A stretch of DNA of 64,000 nt, taken from positions 4,886-68,885 of the forward strand of contig JBAQLR010000108.1 of NCBI GenBank assembly GCA_049302035.1. The letters are read 5' to 3'. How positions within the stretch are numbered: the first letter of the stretch is position 1; the number at the start of each line of letters is the position of its first letter. The notes under the pieces were generated by a model. The model was given only the letters and a program-made list of their open reading frames with translations. It had not been told where the DNA came from and did no database searches. Positions 63,271 through 64,000 of the stretch are shown piece after piece. The position numbers were made by a program, and so were the translations under genes. The stretch comes from Syntrophales bacterium. GTDB taxonomy: Bacteria > Desulfobacterota > Syntrophia > Syntrophales > JACQWR01.

Positions 63271-63561
63271 ATGTCCGAGAAATTTACCCGATACGATACG
63301 GCCGAATACCTGAAAACCGATGCGGATATGGCGGCTTACCTTGATGCCTGTCTGGAAGAAGCAGGGGACGACCCTGCCTTTATCGCCAATGCGTTGGGTG
63401 TGATTGCACGCGCGCGCGGAATGACGCAGCTTGCTCGCGACACTGGATTGGCGCGGGAAAATTTATACAAAGCGCTTTCCGCCGATGGAAATCCTGAATT
63501 TGGCACGATTCTGAAAGTTATTAAAGCTCTCGGACTAAAGCTCCACGCGCAATCTGCATGA
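63271..63561 (+). CDS. higA: HigA-family 'addiction module antidote' HTH antitoxin
   Basis: 'FTRYDTAEYLKTDADMAAYLDACLEE...IARARGMTQLARDTGLARENLYKALSADGNPEFGTILKVIKALGLKL'. Confidence 0.75.
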   Translation: MSEKFTRYDTAEYLKTDADMAAYLDACLEEAGDDPAFIANALGVIARARGMTQLARDTGLARENLYKALSADGNPEFGTILKVIKALGLKLHAQSA

Positions 63562-63633
63562 TGAGAGCTTTGCATAACTACGATTTCACCCCCCCGGCCC
63601 ATTTATCGACAACGACAACCTCCGCAGGCTATT

Positions 63634-63999
63634 TTAGACGCAGCTACCGTCCCAATACTGTTCGGCCCCTAATTTGCTTATCATTTCGAAGGTTCTTTTT
63701 GTAGGTTTGCGTCCTGTCCAGAGGGTAATGAGCATGCCTGAGATCAGGGCGCAATAGATTTGTATGGTTAGCCCGTTTTTAGATAGGGCGACGAGGTGAT
63801 TGCACCCGAGGACGCATTTGAACCACCGGAAGAAGAGTTCGATCTGCCAACGGCGCGTAAAGAGAAGAGCAATGGTTTCTGCCGGCAGGTCCAGGAGGTT
63901 CGTTGCCAGTAGTAAGTTGTAATCGACATCCTTGGTGCGAAAGGTTTTCTTGCTGGAAACCCTTGAGGGTCTATGATCGTTTTCATCCCCTTTGTGGAA
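63634..63999 (-). mobile_element. IS4-family DDE transposase, C-terminal 121 codons (the gene continues beyond the window)
   Basis: The minus-strand frame from 63999 reads '...ETIALLFTRRWQIELFFRWFKCVL...', a Y(F)-x2-R-x3-E-x6-K-type motif. The stop codon is at 63636-63634. Confidence 0.7.
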
Positions 64000-64000
64000 A

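Overview
This 64-kb chromosomal window looks like it comes from an anaerobic Desulfobacterota/Syntrophia-type bacterium. That taxonomic guess is inference from gene content only.

Layout:
(i) 0.15-25.6 kb: a large exopolysaccharide (EPS) locus. It holds GT4/GT2 glycosyltransferases, FemAB/CelD-like acyltransferases, a MurJ-like flippase, Wza-like export and GumC/EpsF-like chain-length proteins, a Wzy/O-antigen-ligase-like protein, an ExeA-like ATPase with a SPOR domain, a degenerate BY-kinase-like protein, a priming sugar transferase and two epimerases.
(ii) 25.7-26.1 kb: tmRNA (ssrA).
(iii) 26.2-38.5 kb: housekeeping and regulatory genes. These are a YihY-cNMP fusion, a thiol-oxidoreductase, an MtaD-like deaminase, a DUF4139 protein, a UbiD-family decarboxylase, RarA, and a sigma-54 two-component pair.
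(iv) 38.5-45.4 kb: a complete trpEGDCFBA operon on the minus strand, with GC-rich repeat modules in three of its intergenic gaps.
(v) 45.5-52.3 kb: a second surface-polysaccharide cluster (YjbH-like, He_PIG protein, GalE, CapD/PglF-like).
(vi) about 49.3-63.6 kb: the accessory region and main finding.

Main finding: at least 10 minus-strand gene cassettes each end in the same asymmetric repeat of about 35-45 nt (top-strand consensus CCCCGGCAAAACGCTAAATTTCAAGACCTGACCCCCAAAAGTTGCA). The cassettes are four divergent DUF4143 AAA+ ATPase/nuclease genes, VapBC, MazEF-like, PIN/RHH and UPF0175/PIN-like modules, and a PglC-like sugar transferase. The arrangement resembles an integron cassette array or CALIN (a cluster of attC sites lacking an integrase). 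However, the repeat does not fit canonical attC, the cassettes carry their own promoters, and no integrase lies in the window.

The same region also contains four copies of a 121-bp MITE (three inside genes), an IS21 istA remnant, two repeat half-sites at gene-fusion or truncation junctions, and a partial IS4-family transposase at the window edge. All functional calls come from motif recognition by eye. No database search was run.
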